Assembly (NCBI GenBank): GCA_964596525.1 | Contig: CAZQUL010000001.1 | Coordinates: 951,723-1,015,722 of the forward strand | DNA from: an uncultured Gammaproteobacteria bacterium | GTDB lineage: Bacteria > Patescibacteriota > Patescibacteriia > Magasanikbacterales > GWA2-37-8 | Direction: 5' to 3' | DNA length: 64,000 nt | Program-made: the position numbers and the translations under genes | Notes under the pieces: generated by a model | What the model saw: the letters and a program-made list of their open reading frames with translations, nothing else | Databases searched by the model: none | Told to the model about the DNA's origin: nothing | Shown: positions 19,128 to 28,079 of the stretch, piece by piece | Numbering within the stretch: the first letter of the stretch is position 1 | Layout of the letters: each line of letters opens with the position of its first letter

Positions 19128-19707
19128 TTCCGCCATTCGGCTGTTTCCAAAGCGGGGGTTGGATCATTTCGCAGAAAACCAGAATTGCATAAATAATTCC
19201 CCTCAACTTCCTGTCAACTTTTGTCAGACAAATTCTTGTCCACAGCAAACAGCTCTTGCGGCGTTTTTCCAGATCGGCTAAAATAAATACATCAGAGTTA
19301 GTTGGTCTGACGGCGACTGAATTCTCAGTCTAAACGTGACGGGGCTACGACTTCTGTTATCAAACCTTTCCGCTTTATTGTGGATCGGGACTTGATGACA
19401 AGAGTCGTGGTCCCTTTTTTCGTTTCTAACTAGCTTTGCAATAATTTTCCCTCTGAGGCTAAGGTGCCCAGATTAGACTGACGAATTTGATTAGACAGAT
19501 AAAGGCTAGCTCCCAGCAGGGGCCAGCCTTTTATGTTGCCCCAGGAAGCAATACAGGAATTCAAAGAGTTATACGAGAAACGCTACGGCGTAAAGCTCTC
19601 CGATGAGGAGGCTACTTTGCGTGCCAACAATCTTTTCAAGCTCTACAAGATCACCTACATGGGTGAGCCAAACATCGACGATTTCAAAGAAAAAATAGTG
19701 AAAAGCC

Positions 19708-20016
19708 ATGATCTCAACACCAACCACAATTAGCGAAATACAGTTCTATCCAGTTAAACCCCAGGATGGCCTCCTTGGGTTTGTTTCGTTTGTGCTCGAC
19801 GGCAAATTCTGGATGGGATCGGTAGCAGTATTCTCCAGGCGCGAAGGCGGATATCGGTTGGTTTACCCAACACGTAAGGTGGCTGGACAGAACATCAATA
19901 TTTTTCATCCGATCAACCACGAAATCGGCGTACTGGTCGAGAAGGCCGTCAGTGAAAAAGTAGCAGAAATATTTAGTGAATCTTATGAATCAACCGAACC
20001 AGACAACACGTGGTAA
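19708..20016 (+). CDS. SpoVG-family protein
   Basis: LLGFVSFVLDGKFWMGSVAVFSRREGGYRLVYPTRKV...IFHPINHEIGVLVEKAV matches the SpoVG pattern (ASITLD..FVVHDIRVI.G..GLFVAMPS...HPIN). Confidence 0.5.
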   Translation: MISTPTTISEIQFYPVKPQDGLLGFVSFVLDGKFWMGSVAVFSRREGGYRLVYPTRKVAGQNINIFHPINHEIGVLVEKAVSEKVAEIFSESYESTEPDNTW

Positions 20017-20413
20017 GCACACGAATTTCTTTCCGGCACCGCACACGCCATTCGACAGCGACAAATTCCGCAACGTGTTATCGCATGCCGAGCGCGATTT
20101 TCTGATGGTGCTCTGCCATCTTTCAAACCGGCACGGAGGCAAGGACGGTTGGTTCTGGCACACCGACAAATCTTTTAATACAAAGGACGGCCGCCAGCGT
20201 GGATTTGAAGCCTATGGATTCGGTACTTCGACCTGCAAGCGTGTAAGAAAGAAACTGGTAGCACTCGGCCTGATTGAAACCAGAACAAATAGTCCCGAAC
20301 ATGGGCGATGGGGCGGAACCCAGTACCGGATCAATCCACAGCTTATGTCTACCGGAGACCATAGTGGTCCCTGGTCAAAGACCACTGTGAACTCCGGCCC
20401 GGGACCACCATGA
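19976..20413 (+). CDS. Hypothetical protein with a possible winged-HTH (replisome-organizer-like) core
   Basis: The FLMVLCHLSNRHGGKDGWFW...TCKRVRKKLVALGLIETR segment is wHTH-like. Weak. Confidence 0.25.
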   Translation: MNLMNQPNQTTRGKHTNFFPAPHTPFDSDKFRNVLSHAERDFLMVLCHLSNRHGGKDGWFWHTDKSFNTKDGRQRGFEAYGFGTSTCKRVRKKLVALGLIETRTNSPEHGRWGGTQYRINPQLMSTGDHSGPWSKTTVNSGPGPP

Positions 20414-20478
20414 CCTCCTTATTAAGAATTAGAAAATAAAAAAGAATTATTAAGACAGTATAAGTAATACGCACATCT

Positions 20479-21087
20479 GTGCATAACATAAATAACTATA
20501 TGAAATTATCAACATTAACAGCATCAAAAATGCCTGGCGAAACGGAACAGCAGTACACCGCATGGATTCTGTACTGCGATGCCGGTAGTCTCACCAAGCT
20601 TCACCGCTCATGGGAAGGCCTTCAGCGAGGCTTCAGTGAATCTTCATCAGATTCCGAGGCTTTAAGAGAAAGGCTGGGACCAGCTCCAACTGTCCGAACA
20701 CTGGCACAGTGGTCTAAAAAATACCGATGGGTAGAGAGGCGCGACCTTAAACTTGCTCAGGAACTCGAGGTAATGAAAGAAAAGGTAGCCAAAATCAAAA
20801 GAGAAAAAACCTATAAGATCGCGGAGATATTCGAACGAGCACTAGTCCTGCTTTTGAAGAAAATCCGGAGCGGTTACCAGCCAACCATCCAGGAATCAAA
20901 ACAGCTCTGGGAAATGGTGAGAACCGAACTTGGCGAAACAATTAGTAAACACGAGATAGTTGCCATCAATGAAGCTGAACAAGTACCGCCGACCGAGGAA
21001 GAAAAAGAGCTGGGCCGGGCAATAGACGACGCGATCATAGAACACTACCGCAAACAAGCACAGAAACGCCGTGCGGAAAATGTTTGA
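20479..21087 (+). CDS. Hypothetical protein (202 aa), charged, helical C-terminus
   Basis: ORF only. Confidence 0.3.
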   Translation: MHNINNYMKLSTLTASKMPGETEQQYTAWILYCDAGSLTKLHRSWEGLQRGFSESSSDSEALRERLGPAPTVRTLAQWSKKYRWVERRDLKLAQELEVMKEKVAKIKREKTYKIAEIFERALVLLLKKIRSGYQPTIQESKQLWEMVRTELGETISKHEIVAINEAEQVPPTEEEKELGRAIDDAIIEHYRKQAQKRRAENV

Positions 21088-21149
21088 CTTCTTTCCGGCG
21101 TAGGACCAGTGTTGTAGTAGGTCGTCAAAAAATTAATGAAAACAACAAT

Positions 21150-21854
21150 ATGTCAAAAAATATAAGAATTACCGCAGTAATCGCCGTTGTAGCGGTCATT
21201 GGGGCGATTGCAGGGGTTTACGCCCTTTCAGCACACAAAGCACCGCGTGAGGCCAATGTTGCCCCAGTAGAAGGCTCTTTAAGCCAGACCGAACTGGATA
21301 AGGCAATAGCTTCACTAAAAAGCGTAGTGGAAGCAGCCGGAGGCAGGTTTGATTTTCAGGCCCAACCAACTTATGGTCACTACGGAAATTTCGGCCTTGT
21401 AAAGTATGTGAACGAAGTCAAAGGAGTGGGACTGGTTGATGAGATGTCTATCACGTTCACCGGCAAGACCAGTAACGATAATGCCGAGGTGGATTCAAAA
21501 ACCGGACAAGTAGTCTCATTCCATCACGTTGCTGATTATACTGGCGACACCAAAACATACGCCCAGCTCGAGGAAATGGTCCGTACTTTCCTCAGCAAAG
21601 TATATCCGGACTTTGTGCAGGTAGAGCCAACGCTCACTTCAGAAAACAACAGCAAGACAGGCCGTCCGGAGGGAAGCAACATCTTCTTCACATGGAATGA
21701 TATGAATTACGAGAAGCAGCTGCCCGAAGGAGTAGAAGCCGAACGCGCTCCATTCATTCAGGTCGGTATTACTTCAAGCGGTCATATCTTCAGCTACAAC
21801 AATACGATTGATCTCTACCGAAACGCGCTGAAGGAATTTAATCTCACACAATAA
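21150..21854 (+). CDS. Membrane-anchored hypothetical protein
   Basis: The N-terminal TM segment ITAVIAVVAVIGAIAGVYAL is followed by an extracytoplasmic domain. Confidence 0.35.
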   Translation: MSKNIRITAVIAVVAVIGAIAGVYALSAHKAPREANVAPVEGSLSQTELDKAIASLKSVVEAAGGRFDFQAQPTYGHYGNFGLVKYVNEVKGVGLVDEMSITFTGKTSNDNAEVDSKTGQVVSFHHVADYTGDTKTYAQLEEMVRTFLSKVYPDFVQVEPTLTSENNSKTGRPEGSNIFFTWNDMNYEKQLPEGVEAERAPFIQVGITSSGHIFSYNNTIDLYRNALKEFNLTQ

Positions 21855-21855
21855 T

Positions 21856-23466
21856 ATGACCCAGGAAGTACAACCAAAACTTAAGTACTTCCTCTACGCT
21901 CGAAAATCTTCAGAACAGGAAGACAGACAGGTCCTTTCGATTGACTCGCAAAAGAGCGAATTGGAAGCACTCGCAAAACGAGAAAAACTTCAGATCGTGG
22001 AACGTCTCGAAGAATCCTACTCGGCCAAAGCACCGGGCCGTGAAGTGTTTAACGCGATGATAAAGCGTATTGAAAAAGGTGAAGCCGAGGGCATCATTGC
22101 GTGGCACCCGAACCGGTTGTCGCGTAATTCTGTCGACACCGGTTACCTGGTCTACCTCATGGATCAGAATAAGCTTCTTGATATACGCACACCCGGACAG
22201 ACTTATAAAAATACGCCGAATGATAAATTCCTGCTCAACCTTTTGTGCAGTCAGGCAAAACTTGAGAATGATAATAAGGGCGTTGATGTAAAGCGCGGTC
22301 TCCGGCGCAAAGTCGAAATGGGCTGGCACCCGGGTCCGGCACCGATCGGCTATATGAACACGCCGGACAAGATGAAAGGCTTCAAGACGATCTGCAAAGA
22401 CCCGAAGATGTTTCCGATTATTCGAAAAATGTTTGACATGATTTTAGGTGGTACATACACCTCACCAAGAGTTCATGAGATCGCGGTCAATCAATGGGGA
22501 TTAAAGAAACTTGCCCGAAGCGGTTTCTATCGTGTGCTTTATAATCCGTTTTATTACGGCTGGTTTGAGTGGCCACAAGGATCGGGCAACTGGCATAAGG
22601 GCAAGCACGAACCGATGATCACCCGTGACGAATACGACCGTATCCAGGCACTGCTCGGCCGGGGCAGCAAGCCCAAGCCCGAAACATACAGTTTCGCCTA
22701 TACCGGCATGGTGCGATGCGGTGAGTGTGGATGCATGGTTACGGCCGAGCATAAGACCAAAAGAAATAAGAATGGAAACGTTCACCGGTATATTTATTAT
22801 CACTGCACCAAACGCAAAGGTCCGTGCAAACAGAAATGCATTGAAGTAAAAGAAATGGAAAAGCAGATCACGAATACTCTGGCGCGTGTTAAACCGCCGG
22901 AAGAATTCCACAGCTGGGCAATGAAGTGGCTACAGAATGAAAACGGCCGCGAGGCGGCCGATAGAAATGCAATCCTATCTAATCAACAGAAAAATTACGA
23001 GGCGTGCGTAAAGAAACTCGACGCGCTCATCGACATGCGTGCAGTTGGGGAAATTAGTGAAGAAGAATTCACGCGCAAGAAATCAACGATCAACCAGGAG
23101 AAAGCCAAACTCCACGAACTTTTGAATGATACCGATGCCCGGGTGGACAGCTGGCTGCAGACGGCCGACAACGTGCTCACGTTCGCCAGCGATGCCAAAG
23201 AAGCCTTCACCGAACGAGGCCAGCATGCGCGAAAGGTCATTCTGTCAGCTCTCGGTTCGAACCTCCTCTTAAAAGACAAAAACATAAGCATTGACACGGA
23301 TTCTGCGCTTTTGCCGATGATTCTCGTCTCAAATACATCAAACAAAAATTCTGGCACGTTCGAACCTCCGAAAAGAGGCTCTACAAAAGAGAAAAGCCAC
23401 GCTTTAGACGTGGCAAATCCCATGTGGCTCCGGGGGTGGGATTCGAACCCACGACCAATTGGTTAA
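21856..23466 (+). CDS. Large serine recombinase (second copy, distinct from the one at 11247)
   Basis: YFLYARKSSEQEDRQ is the catalytic-Ser motif. The zinc ribbon CGECGCMV...YYHCTKRKGPCKQKC is present. The 3' end overlaps the tRNA-Asn gene on the opposite strand. Confidence 0.85.
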   Translation: MTQEVQPKLKYFLYARKSSEQEDRQVLSIDSQKSELEALAKREKLQIVERLEESYSAKAPGREVFNAMIKRIEKGEAEGIIAWHPNRLSRNSVDTGYLVYLMDQNKLLDIRTPGQTYKNTPNDKFLLNLLCSQAKLENDNKGVDVKRGLRRKVEMGWHPGPAPIGYMNTPDKMKGFKTICKDPKMFPIIRKMFDMILGGTYTSPRVHEIAVNQWGLKKLARSGFYRVLYNPFYYGWFEWPQGSGNWHKGKHEPMITRDEYDRIQALLGRGSKPKPETYSFAYTGMVRCGECGCMVTAEHKTKRNKNGNVHRYIYYHCTKRKGPCKQKCIEVKEMEKQITNTLARVKPPEEFHSWAMKWLQNENGREAADRNAILSNQQKNYEACVKKLDALIDMRAVGEISEEEFTRKKSTINQEKAKLHELLNDTDARVDSWLQTADNVLTFASDAKEAFTERGQHARKVILSALGSNLLLKDKNISIDTDSALLPMILVSNTSNKNSGTFEPPKRGSTKEKSHALDVANPMWLRGWDSNPRPIG

Positions 23467-23499
23467 CAGCCAACTGCGCTACCGCTGCGCTACCCCGGA
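23425..23499 (-). tRNA. tRNA-Asn (anticodon GTT), 75 nt, encoded CCA
   Basis: Folded by hand. Acceptor stem UCCGGGG/CCCCGGA, D-arm GCGC-AGCGGUA-GCGC, anticodon stem GUUGG/CCAAU with loop CUGUUAA, T-arm GUGGG-UUCGAAU-CCCAC, discriminator G, CCA. Confidence 0.85.
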
Positions 23500-23656
23500 A
23501 TTTACTGATATTATTTATATTCTTCAGTAGTATAAGCAATCATTCGCCCGACGTCAAGAATAAAAACCTTGAAAAAATGACTTTCTTATCCACACTATGG
23601 ATAGGGGGTGAGGAATAGGCTATACTACATAAATAAAGATTTTTAATTTTCGTGCT

Positions 23657-26600
23657 ATGTTTTCATTAAGGAGGTGTCGATCTTTCTTTTCTGTTCACAG
23701 AAAAACTTTTTTAGTGGCAGCGGTAGTCGTTGCCGGGTCCATTCTCAGTAGGCATGCTGCGCATGCAGCCACCAGTACGTGGGTTGGTCCTAATAACGGA
23801 ACGTGGAATACGGCCGCCAACTGGGATACGAACGCGGTGCCTACGGCGGCTGATGATGTTCTTATTGCTACCACCACGCAATTGGCAGCCCTCAATACGG
23901 TACAGGTGCCCAATGGCGTGACGATTAATTTTAATAATCTTACTATCAGTACCGGTACGTTGTATTTAACCGGTAATATTGGCACAGGCACTAATATTAT
24001 TTTGGAATCCGGTTTGTTTATCCAGAATAATAGCACGGAACAAAAGATTAACGGCGATTTTTTGGCCATAAGCGGTTTGGTGCGCAGTGAGCGTAGTGGC
24101 GTGACCCTTAATTTGCGGGCTCGTAACATTACGTTTCGCAGTCAAGCTAACATAGGTGCAGCGGGCTTGGGATTGGGTACTGGAGCTGGTGCTGGTGCTG
24201 CTTCGGGTTCGGCGGGCGGTGGCGGTGGTGGTCACTATGGTACTGGTGGTATGGGTTCTGGAGGGGCTGCTGGTGGTATTTCTTACTGCATTCCGACCGG
24301 GGTAACGACAACGGGTTCTGGCGGTGGTGCGGGCTCTACCGGTACACGCGGATTTGGAGGCGGTCTGGTTATGCTGCGAGCCCTCGACGCTATTACGGTA
24401 TCTTCCGGTGTTGCTTTTAATGCCGCCGGTGAAGATGGATCGGGCAACAGCGGTGGCGGCGGCGGTGGTGGCATACATCTTTTTGCACGAACAGTTACCG
24501 GTACTACCGGCGGCGGTGGTGCTCTCAATGTTGCTGGTGGTGCTGGTGGTACAGATGGTGGTGGTAGTGGCGGTGGCGGCTGTGTCTTGGTGCGTTATGC
24601 TACGGAGACTTCTATAACTACAGCCACTCTTTCGGCAGGAACTCCAGGTACGGGTGCAACTGCAGGTACGGCCGGTAATTTCCTCGCTACGCAAGTGGCA
24701 GCAATCAGTGCGCCGACGGCTCCCACGTCAACTTCTCAAATTGCGGCTTCTTCTATTTTGTATAGCTGGACTGCTGGAGATGGTTTGGAGAACACCTTTG
24801 TTCTTGAGAAATCAACCGACGGTATGGCGTACACGTTTGTGGCGACTACCAGCTATAGCACTACCACGTATCGCTTTACTGGCCTCGATCCTAATTCTCG
24901 TTATTGGTTCCGTGTCGCCGCGAGTGATGACCTTACGTTCCCCACTTCCTCTTACGTAACTTCTTCTCCAGTTTATACCTTAGCCAATGTTCCGAGTGCT
25001 CCTACAGTAACGTCCGTTCGCACAACAAGTCTTGACCTGACAATTAATGTTAATAGTAATCCAACAACCACGCTGTTCGCGCTTTATAATGTAACAGCTG
25101 GTAACTATATCACCACCTCTGGCTTATCTACGTCGAGCATCGTGTTTTTTGCCACATCTTCGTGGGGCGGTACGGTTGATGGTCTAACACCCGGGACTAG
25201 TTATCAGTTTTCGGCTATAGCCAGAAACGTCGATGGTTTGAGCAGTGCTACTTCGAGTGCAAGCACCGCCACAACCACACGTTCTGGTCTCACCCCTAAT
25301 ACTCCTTCAGCGCCGACAGTTACTAACGCCACCAGTTCAGCCACGACCTCGTCTCTTAATATAGTTATTAATACTAACAATAACTCGGCGACGACTACAT
25401 ACGCTATCTACGATCAAATAGACGGTTTCTATGTTGCTGCCGATGGTACAACTTCAACGGCTCCAGTTTTCTTTACTTCTTCCACCTGGAATAATGGATT
25501 TGCGGTAGGCCTGGGAATTAATAGTCCGCACCAGTATATTGTTGTAGCTCGCAGTACCGATGATGTGTATGCTACTTCTACCGCTGCCACAACGCGTTAT
25601 ACGCTTACCAATCCAGTTCTTAACTTCACCGCGACCGCTCTCTCAACCAGAACTATCCAGTTGTGGTGGGATAGCAACGGCAACCCAGATGCGGCTACAA
25701 AATATCGTTTGAGCGACAGCTTTGGTTCCTTGTATGATTTTAATGGTTTCGTCTCTTCTTCTCCTGGTTTCCCCTTGATCGATTTCGTCTCTTCTTCGTG
25801 GAATGGTTTTGCGCGCAGCCTGACTCCGAGTACGACTTATACCTTTGCCTTAAGATCTTATAATGGTAACGGAAGTTTGGGCCCTTCTAATTCAGCCAAT
25901 TCCACGACCACTTTTCCAGCCCCGGTTCCGAACATTCCTGGTATCATTGTGAGCAGTTCCGTGACCTCTTCGTCGTTCCAGTTCAGTTTTGATGTATTTA
26001 CTACAAATAGTAATTCACCGACAACGACGTATTCAGTCTACGAACTCCTTCATAATAACTATCTTGCCACCAACGGTTCAACGACAACCGTTGCTGGGTA
26101 CTTTGTCTCATCGAGCTGGGGCGGTGTTACTGTGCGCAATTTAAAACCGGCAACTCGTTACGTTTACTTGGTTACAGCTGTTAATGATTCGAGTGTATTT
26201 AGAACGTCTACCTCAAACGCTGAGATACGTACCTTGCCGGCCGTAGTTCCGGCTCCTACGGTGCAAAATATCAGCGAGACTACCGCTCAAGTCCTTATTG
26301 CTGCTGGTGACAACTCGCTTGCCGAGCAAACGGTTTATTACCGACTCTATAATTATACGAATGCTACGTATGTAGATGCTTCCGGAACTCCCACGTCGAG
26401 CCCGGCGTACTTCACCGCTGCGCAGTGGAATAACGGAACGTTAAATAGTCTCGGATCGCGCACAGATTACCAGTTCGGGATTATTCCGTTGAATGCTGCT
26501 CTTATACCTGCGGCGACAACGACGTTTAGTTTTTCTACCCTTGGCACTACAAATAGTTCGGGTGGCTCGAGTGGTGGCGGGGGCGGTGGAGGAATCTATG

Positions 26601-27073
26601 GCAGCGGATCCTTCTATAATCCATTCATCCCTGCAACGTCCACCGGTGGTACTTCCCCATCTATTCCAGGAACGCCTTTCTACATCTTCCCCGCTTCGAT
26701 TCCGCTCAGTGAATTGCCTGAACCAACGCCCGTTGTCCGTTCATCCGCCATCCGATTCTTCAATATCCCGTCAGCTACAACTACGCTTCGTCGCGGTACG
26801 GCTTTCTCCTTCCGCTATACCGTAACGAACACCTCGACGATTTCTCGCGGTGTGCGTATTGAGCGTCAATTGGTGAATAGTTCGGGTAGGATACTTTTCC
26901 GTACGAGCGCTACGCTCACCATGCGCCCCGGTCAAGTCTTCTCCACACTGCCTCGACAGGTAGTCTTGCCTTCCACACTTGCTCCAGGTAATTACTTTGT
27001 TCGCATCGTAGTTACGAGTCCGGCTGGAGTGCGCCAGATTGATTCAAACAATTTTGGGTTCTTGGTGCGCTAA
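23657..27073 (+). CDS. Large secreted cell-surface protein (1138 aa): signal peptide, Gly-rich low-complexity segments, about seven tandem FN3-like Ser/Thr-rich modules, C-terminal beta-rich domain
   Basis: The signal peptide LVAAVVVAGSILSRHAAHA is followed by GGGGGG runs. About 100-aa repeats recur (PSAPTVT...TSLDLTINVNSNPTTT..Y.V..G........F.SS.W.NG...L.P.T.Y.F...A.N). Confidence 0.7.
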   Translation: MFSLRRCRSFFSVHRKTFLVAAVVVAGSILSRHAAHAATSTWVGPNNGTWNTAANWDTNAVPTAADDVLIATTTQLAALNTVQVPNGVTINFNNLTISTGTLYLTGNIGTGTNIILESGLFIQNNSTEQKINGDFLAISGLVRSERSGVTLNLRARNITFRSQANIGAAGLGLGTGAGAGAASGSAGGGGGGHYGTGGMGSGGAAGGISYCIPTGVTTTGSGGGAGSTGTRGFGGGLVMLRALDAITVSSGVAFNAAGEDGSGNSGGGGGGGIHLFARTVTGTTGGGGALNVAGGAGGTDGGGSGGGGCVLVRYATETSITTATLSAGTPGTGATAGTAGNFLATQVAAISAPTAPTSTSQIAASSILYSWTAGDGLENTFVLEKSTDGMAYTFVATTSYSTTTYRFTGLDPNSRYWFRVAASDDLTFPTSSYVTSSPVYTLANVPSAPTVTSVRTTSLDLTINVNSNPTTTLFALYNVTAGNYITTSGLSTSSIVFFATSSWGGTVDGLTPGTSYQFSAIARNVDGLSSATSSASTATTTRSGLTPNTPSAPTVTNATSSATTSSLNIVINTNNNSATTTYAIYDQIDGFYVAADGTTSTAPVFFTSSTWNNGFAVGLGINSPHQYIVVARSTDDVYATSTAATTRYTLTNPVLNFTATALSTRTIQLWWDSNGNPDAATKYRLSDSFGSLYDFNGFVSSSPGFPLIDFVSSSWNGFARSLTPSTTYTFALRSYNGNGSLGPSNSANSTTTFPAPVPNIPGIIVSSSVTSSSFQFSFDVFTTNSNSPTTTYSVYELLHNNYLATNGSTTTVAGYFVSSSWGGVTVRNLKPATRYVYLVTAVNDSSVFRTSTSNAEIRTLPAVVPAPTVQNISETTAQVLIAAGDNSLAEQTVYYRLYNYTNATYVDASGTPTSSPAYFTAAQWNNGTLNSLGSRTDYQFGIIPLNAALIPAATTTFSFSTLGTTNSSGGSSGGGGGGGIYGSGSFYNPFIPATSTGGTSPSIPGTPFYIFPASIPLSELPEPTPVVRSSAIRFFNIPSATTTLRRGTAFSFRYTVTNTSTISRGVRIERQLVNSSGRILFRTSATLTMRPGQVFSTLPRQVVLPSTLAPGNYFVRIVVTSPAGVRQIDSNNFGFLVR
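24690..26520 (+). repeat. Intragenic tandem array of about seven diverged ~300-bp repeats encoding FN3-like modules
   Basis: Seen as periodic protein modules in the 23657-27073 ORF. The DNA copies are diverged. Confidence 0.5.
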
Positions 27074-27094
27074 AACCTCATTCTGCATGACAAT

Positions 27095-27124
27095 AAAACC
27101 CGCGGTGAAACGCGGGTTTTAGAT
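27095..27124 (+). terminator. Rho-independent terminator (AAAACCCGCG-GTGAAA-CGCGGGTTTT)
   Basis: A perfect 10-bp stem plus a T-run lies 22 nt after the surface-protein stop. Confidence 0.6.
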
Positions 27125-27133
27125 TGTTATATG

Positions 27134-27162
27134 TTGACATTTACTTTGTAGGATGGTATAAA
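27134..27162 (+). promoter_or_regulatory. Sigma70-like promoter: TTGACA, 17-bp spacer, TATAAA
   Basis: The motif is read directly at 27134-27162, about 40 nt upstream of the 27204 ORF. Confidence 0.45.
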
Positions 27163-27203
27163 GACGCGTTCCTTTAAACCAGAAAAGACCACGGAGGTTC
27201 CGC

Positions 27204-27587
27204 GTGCACCACGAATTTATGGCTCAGCAGCTAAGAAGGCGGGAACTTGCGCTTGAAACGGAAATTGAGACTCTAAGAAAAGCTCTTTTTAGATGCAGGA
27301 TTACAGATATACTGACCGTGGTTTATGGGCTTTTGGCCGTCCTATTCCTCCTCCTGTGCGGGCTACGTTATACAACCTCCATGGCGGTTCTTTGTTTTGT
27401 AGGGTGGTGTGCGGCACTGGCAGGGGTCGGTCTGCTCGCCGATGAAAGCGTGCGTGATCGGGACGAGCTTAGCCGTTGCTACCGTGCGATCGAACGCTCG
27501 CTGCGGTTTGTTCCTTATGAGATTCGTTTGATGTGGTTAGAAACCAAGGGTCTCTCAGCTTATTTTTCCGCTTATTTAAGGCGCTAG
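27204..27587 (+). CDS. Hypothetical membrane protein (127 aa)
   Basis: Two predicted TM segments. ORF only. Confidence 0.3.
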   Translation: MHHEFMAQQLRRRELALETEIETLRKALFRCRITDILTVVYGLLAVLFLLLCGLRYTTSMAVLCFVGWCAALAGVGLLADESVRDRDELSRCYRAIERSLRFVPYEIRLMWLETKGLSAYFSAYLRR

Positions 27588-27696
27588 CCGCCTTTCCCGC
27601 GGTAGCCGCCATCCTGATAAACAGCTGGCGGTTTTTTGTTACGTGCATGTGTGCTAAACTTTCTAAGTCTCTTTACCAAAAAAGCGAGGGTGAACT

Positions 27697-28047
27697 ATGA
27701 AGCGGATCGGTCTGAGTATCGCTAGCCTGTTGGTATCTTCTGGCGTCGTTTTAGCTAGCCCCAATCCATGTCCGGCCAACCTGCCGGATTCGGTGCTAAA
27801 GCGTACGGCATCTTGCAACATAAATCCGACCGACGTAGAGGTTATAAAGGGTCCTGAAAAAGGGGATAGCGGTAATGCTCTCTACGAAGACGTGTATCTT
27901 TTCTGCGGCGGAAAACTTACTTCAAATATTTTTCCGGATGTAGCGGTAAAAGCCGTGTGCTGGTCTATCGATAAAACTACCGCAACGGTTTGGTATGAGG
28001 TTTTGGATATACCCAAAACCCCGCTGCCGCCTTCGGTAAAAAAGTAG
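27697..28047 (+). CDS. Small secreted Cys-containing hypothetical protein
   Basis: Signal peptide MKRIGLSIASLLVSSGVVLASP. Confidence 0.4.
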   Translation: MKRIGLSIASLLVSSGVVLASPNPCPANLPDSVLKRTASCNINPTDVEVIKGPEKGDSGNALYEDVYLFCGGKLTSNIFPDVAVKAVCWSIDKTTATVWYEVLDIPKTPLPPSVKK

Positions 28048-28079
28048 GCAACGGCCCTTCTAAGGAGGGGCTTTTCTGT

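Larger units (their letters stand above)
17914..19166 (+). mobile_element. IS3-family insertion sequence (1253 bp) with 13-bp perfect terminal inverted repeats TGATCCAACCCCC
   Basis: Left IR lies at 17914-17926 and right IR (GGGGGTTGGATCA) at 19154-19166; ends are TG...CA. It contains OrfA plus OrfB with a -1 frameshift. Confidence 0.85.

Noticed and set aside
19215-19236. CTGTCAACTTTTGTCAGACAA, looked at as a second palindromic operator
   Set aside because: It is not a true palindrome (direct-repeat-like). Kept only as a note under the palindrome finding.
23966-24694. 242-aa minus-strand ORF rich in Thr/Ala/Arg
   Set aside because: It is antisense to the Gly-rich part of the large surface-protein gene. 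Composition-driven open frame, no motifs.
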